A DNA stretch of 62,267 bases, filler included, from Porpidia crustulata (Eukaryota): assembly GCA_964255105.1 (NCBI GenBank). It is 9 parts of 9 records of this genome, joined end to end, with 100 filler letters (N's around TTAATTAATTAA, not from the genome) between each part and the next. Parts side by side here need not be neighbours in the genome. Positions count along the whole stretch, not along the records: positions 55,460 to 62,267 come from CAXUWE010001454.1; 8 more parts are not named here. The stretch is one strand, 5' to 3'. The notes under the pieces are model-generated. The model had not been told where the DNA came from. It saw nothing but the letters and a program-made list of their open reading frames with translations, and did no database searches. Both the position numbers and the translations under genes were made by a program. Each line of letters begins with the position of its first letter. Positions within the stretch are counted from its first letter, which is position 1. Below, one piece after another: positions 61,043 through 62,267 of the stretch.

Positions 61043-62267
61043 ATGCGAATCGCCAAACTTCCTGGGACCTCCTTGGGCCTGGTCATTGCTCAAACACTTG
61101 GTCTACTCTCTAATCACTTGGCTTCTGCCAATCCAGTATGCACTACATTGAGCATACCCCTTGTGGCCACAGCCGCCAATGAGGTTTTCCCCATTCCTGT
61201 GGGCCTCAATTTAAGTAACCCCGGCGCTGTTTCCGCTTTCGTTCAAACTATCATTGGCGATGGCAACACGGTCTACCCTCTTGTGCCCACGACTTATGCT
61301 GGAACCATCGTTGCACGCTTCTGCGAGCCCACCGTCAAGATTGCCAACCGTACCAACGTCGTACAATATTTCGTGTCCGGTGTTACCGAGAACAAGCTCT
61401 ACTGGTCCGGCTTGGGCTATCCTACCGGCTACAATGGCGATCAATATTCGACCATCGCTTATGCATCAAGCCAAGGCTACCCGACCTTTGTCATTGACAG
61501 GATCGGTGTCGGCGATACCCGCCCCTTCCCGGATCCAATCCTGCAGGAACAGGTCAACCTTGAAGAAGCCATCAACCATCAGCTCGTAATGATGCTCAAA
61601 GCAGGCAGCGCAGTACCAGGTAAGCTTCCAAACTATCACTCCAATCCCGCTCCATTATCTTACACACTCGTCAGGCCGCAAATTCAACCGCGTCATCTTC
61701 GTCGGCCACTCCTACGGCTCCATCCTCGGCAACGCCCAAGCCACCAACCACCCGACCGACATCTCCGCCTACATCCTCACCGGCTACGGCGTCTCCATCA
61801 TCCCCGTCGCCGCCGACCTGCCGCAGACCGTGCCCTTCCCCGCCACCCTCTACTCCCCCCGCTTCGCCGGCCGCAACCCGGCCTACCTCGTGACCTCCTC
61901 CATGCCCGGCCGCCGCGGCTACCTCTGGGGCAAACCGGGCTCCTACGACGAGGGCATCTTCCAGCGCGACTTCGCCCAGGAAGACGTCGTCGGCCTCGGC
62001 GAGCTGCTGTCCATCGGCGGCGGGCTCAAGGAAGCCCCCGCGTCCACGGCGCCCGTCTTCATCGTCACGGGGGATAGCGACGATGTCTTCTGCCTCGCGG
62101 CGACGTGCGGTACGGGACCTAGTAGCCCGCAGGCGCAGGCGTGCGCGTTGTTTCCCAAGGCTAGCGACTGCAAATACTATATCCCGATCGGGACGGGGCA
62201 TATGATCAGTTTGCACTATTCGGCGCAGGAGAGCTTCCGGAGGTATCATGCGTTCTTGGCCGCGCAT
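61043..62267 (+). CDS. Secreted alpha/beta-hydrolase (2 exons; stop just beyond the window)
   Basis: Signal peptide; IDRIGVG; after the intron at ~61620-61675, IFVGHSYGS nucleophile elbow, VTGDSDDVFC acid and GTGHMISLH histidine. Confidence 0.9.

Overview
Eukaryotic, intron-containing DNA from a filamentous ascomycete (Pezizomycotina), judged from gene content and GT-AG introns with CTRAC/CTAAC-type branch sites. The window is not one locus. It is nine contigs (6838, 6838, 6838, 6836, 6834, 6833, 6828, 6814 and 6808 bp, i.e. sorted by length) joined by eight identical 100-bp N44-TTAATTAATTAA-N44 spacers, so adjacency across spacers means nothing. Recognisable genes: two MFS transporters, a kelch-like type I membrane protein, a membrane-anchored GH45 homologue, ATG29, a LovD/beta-lactamase-family esterase, a PPR protein, proteasome alpha-1 (SCL1), GPN3, SAM synthetase, Spc105/KNL1, RPS11, the JIP5 3' end, a HET-domain gene, mitochondrial EF-Tu, a vWA protein with prion-like tails, cytosolic Hsp70 and a secreted alpha/beta hydrolase. 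There is also a dispersed 5S rRNA gene, MITE-like elements and several pseudogenes. Best leads: (1) a ~1.6-kb structured non-coding region downstream of SAM synthetase whose hand-folded helices fall in the order expected for a fungal telomerase RNA but which lacks a canonical CCCTAA template; (2) a GH45 cellulase homologue missing both catalytic aspartates and fused to a transmembrane helix and cytoplasmic tail (candidate glycan sensor); (3) an otherwise intact esterase whose SxxK motif reads SCTA. All RNA structures were found by eye and need computational confirmation.
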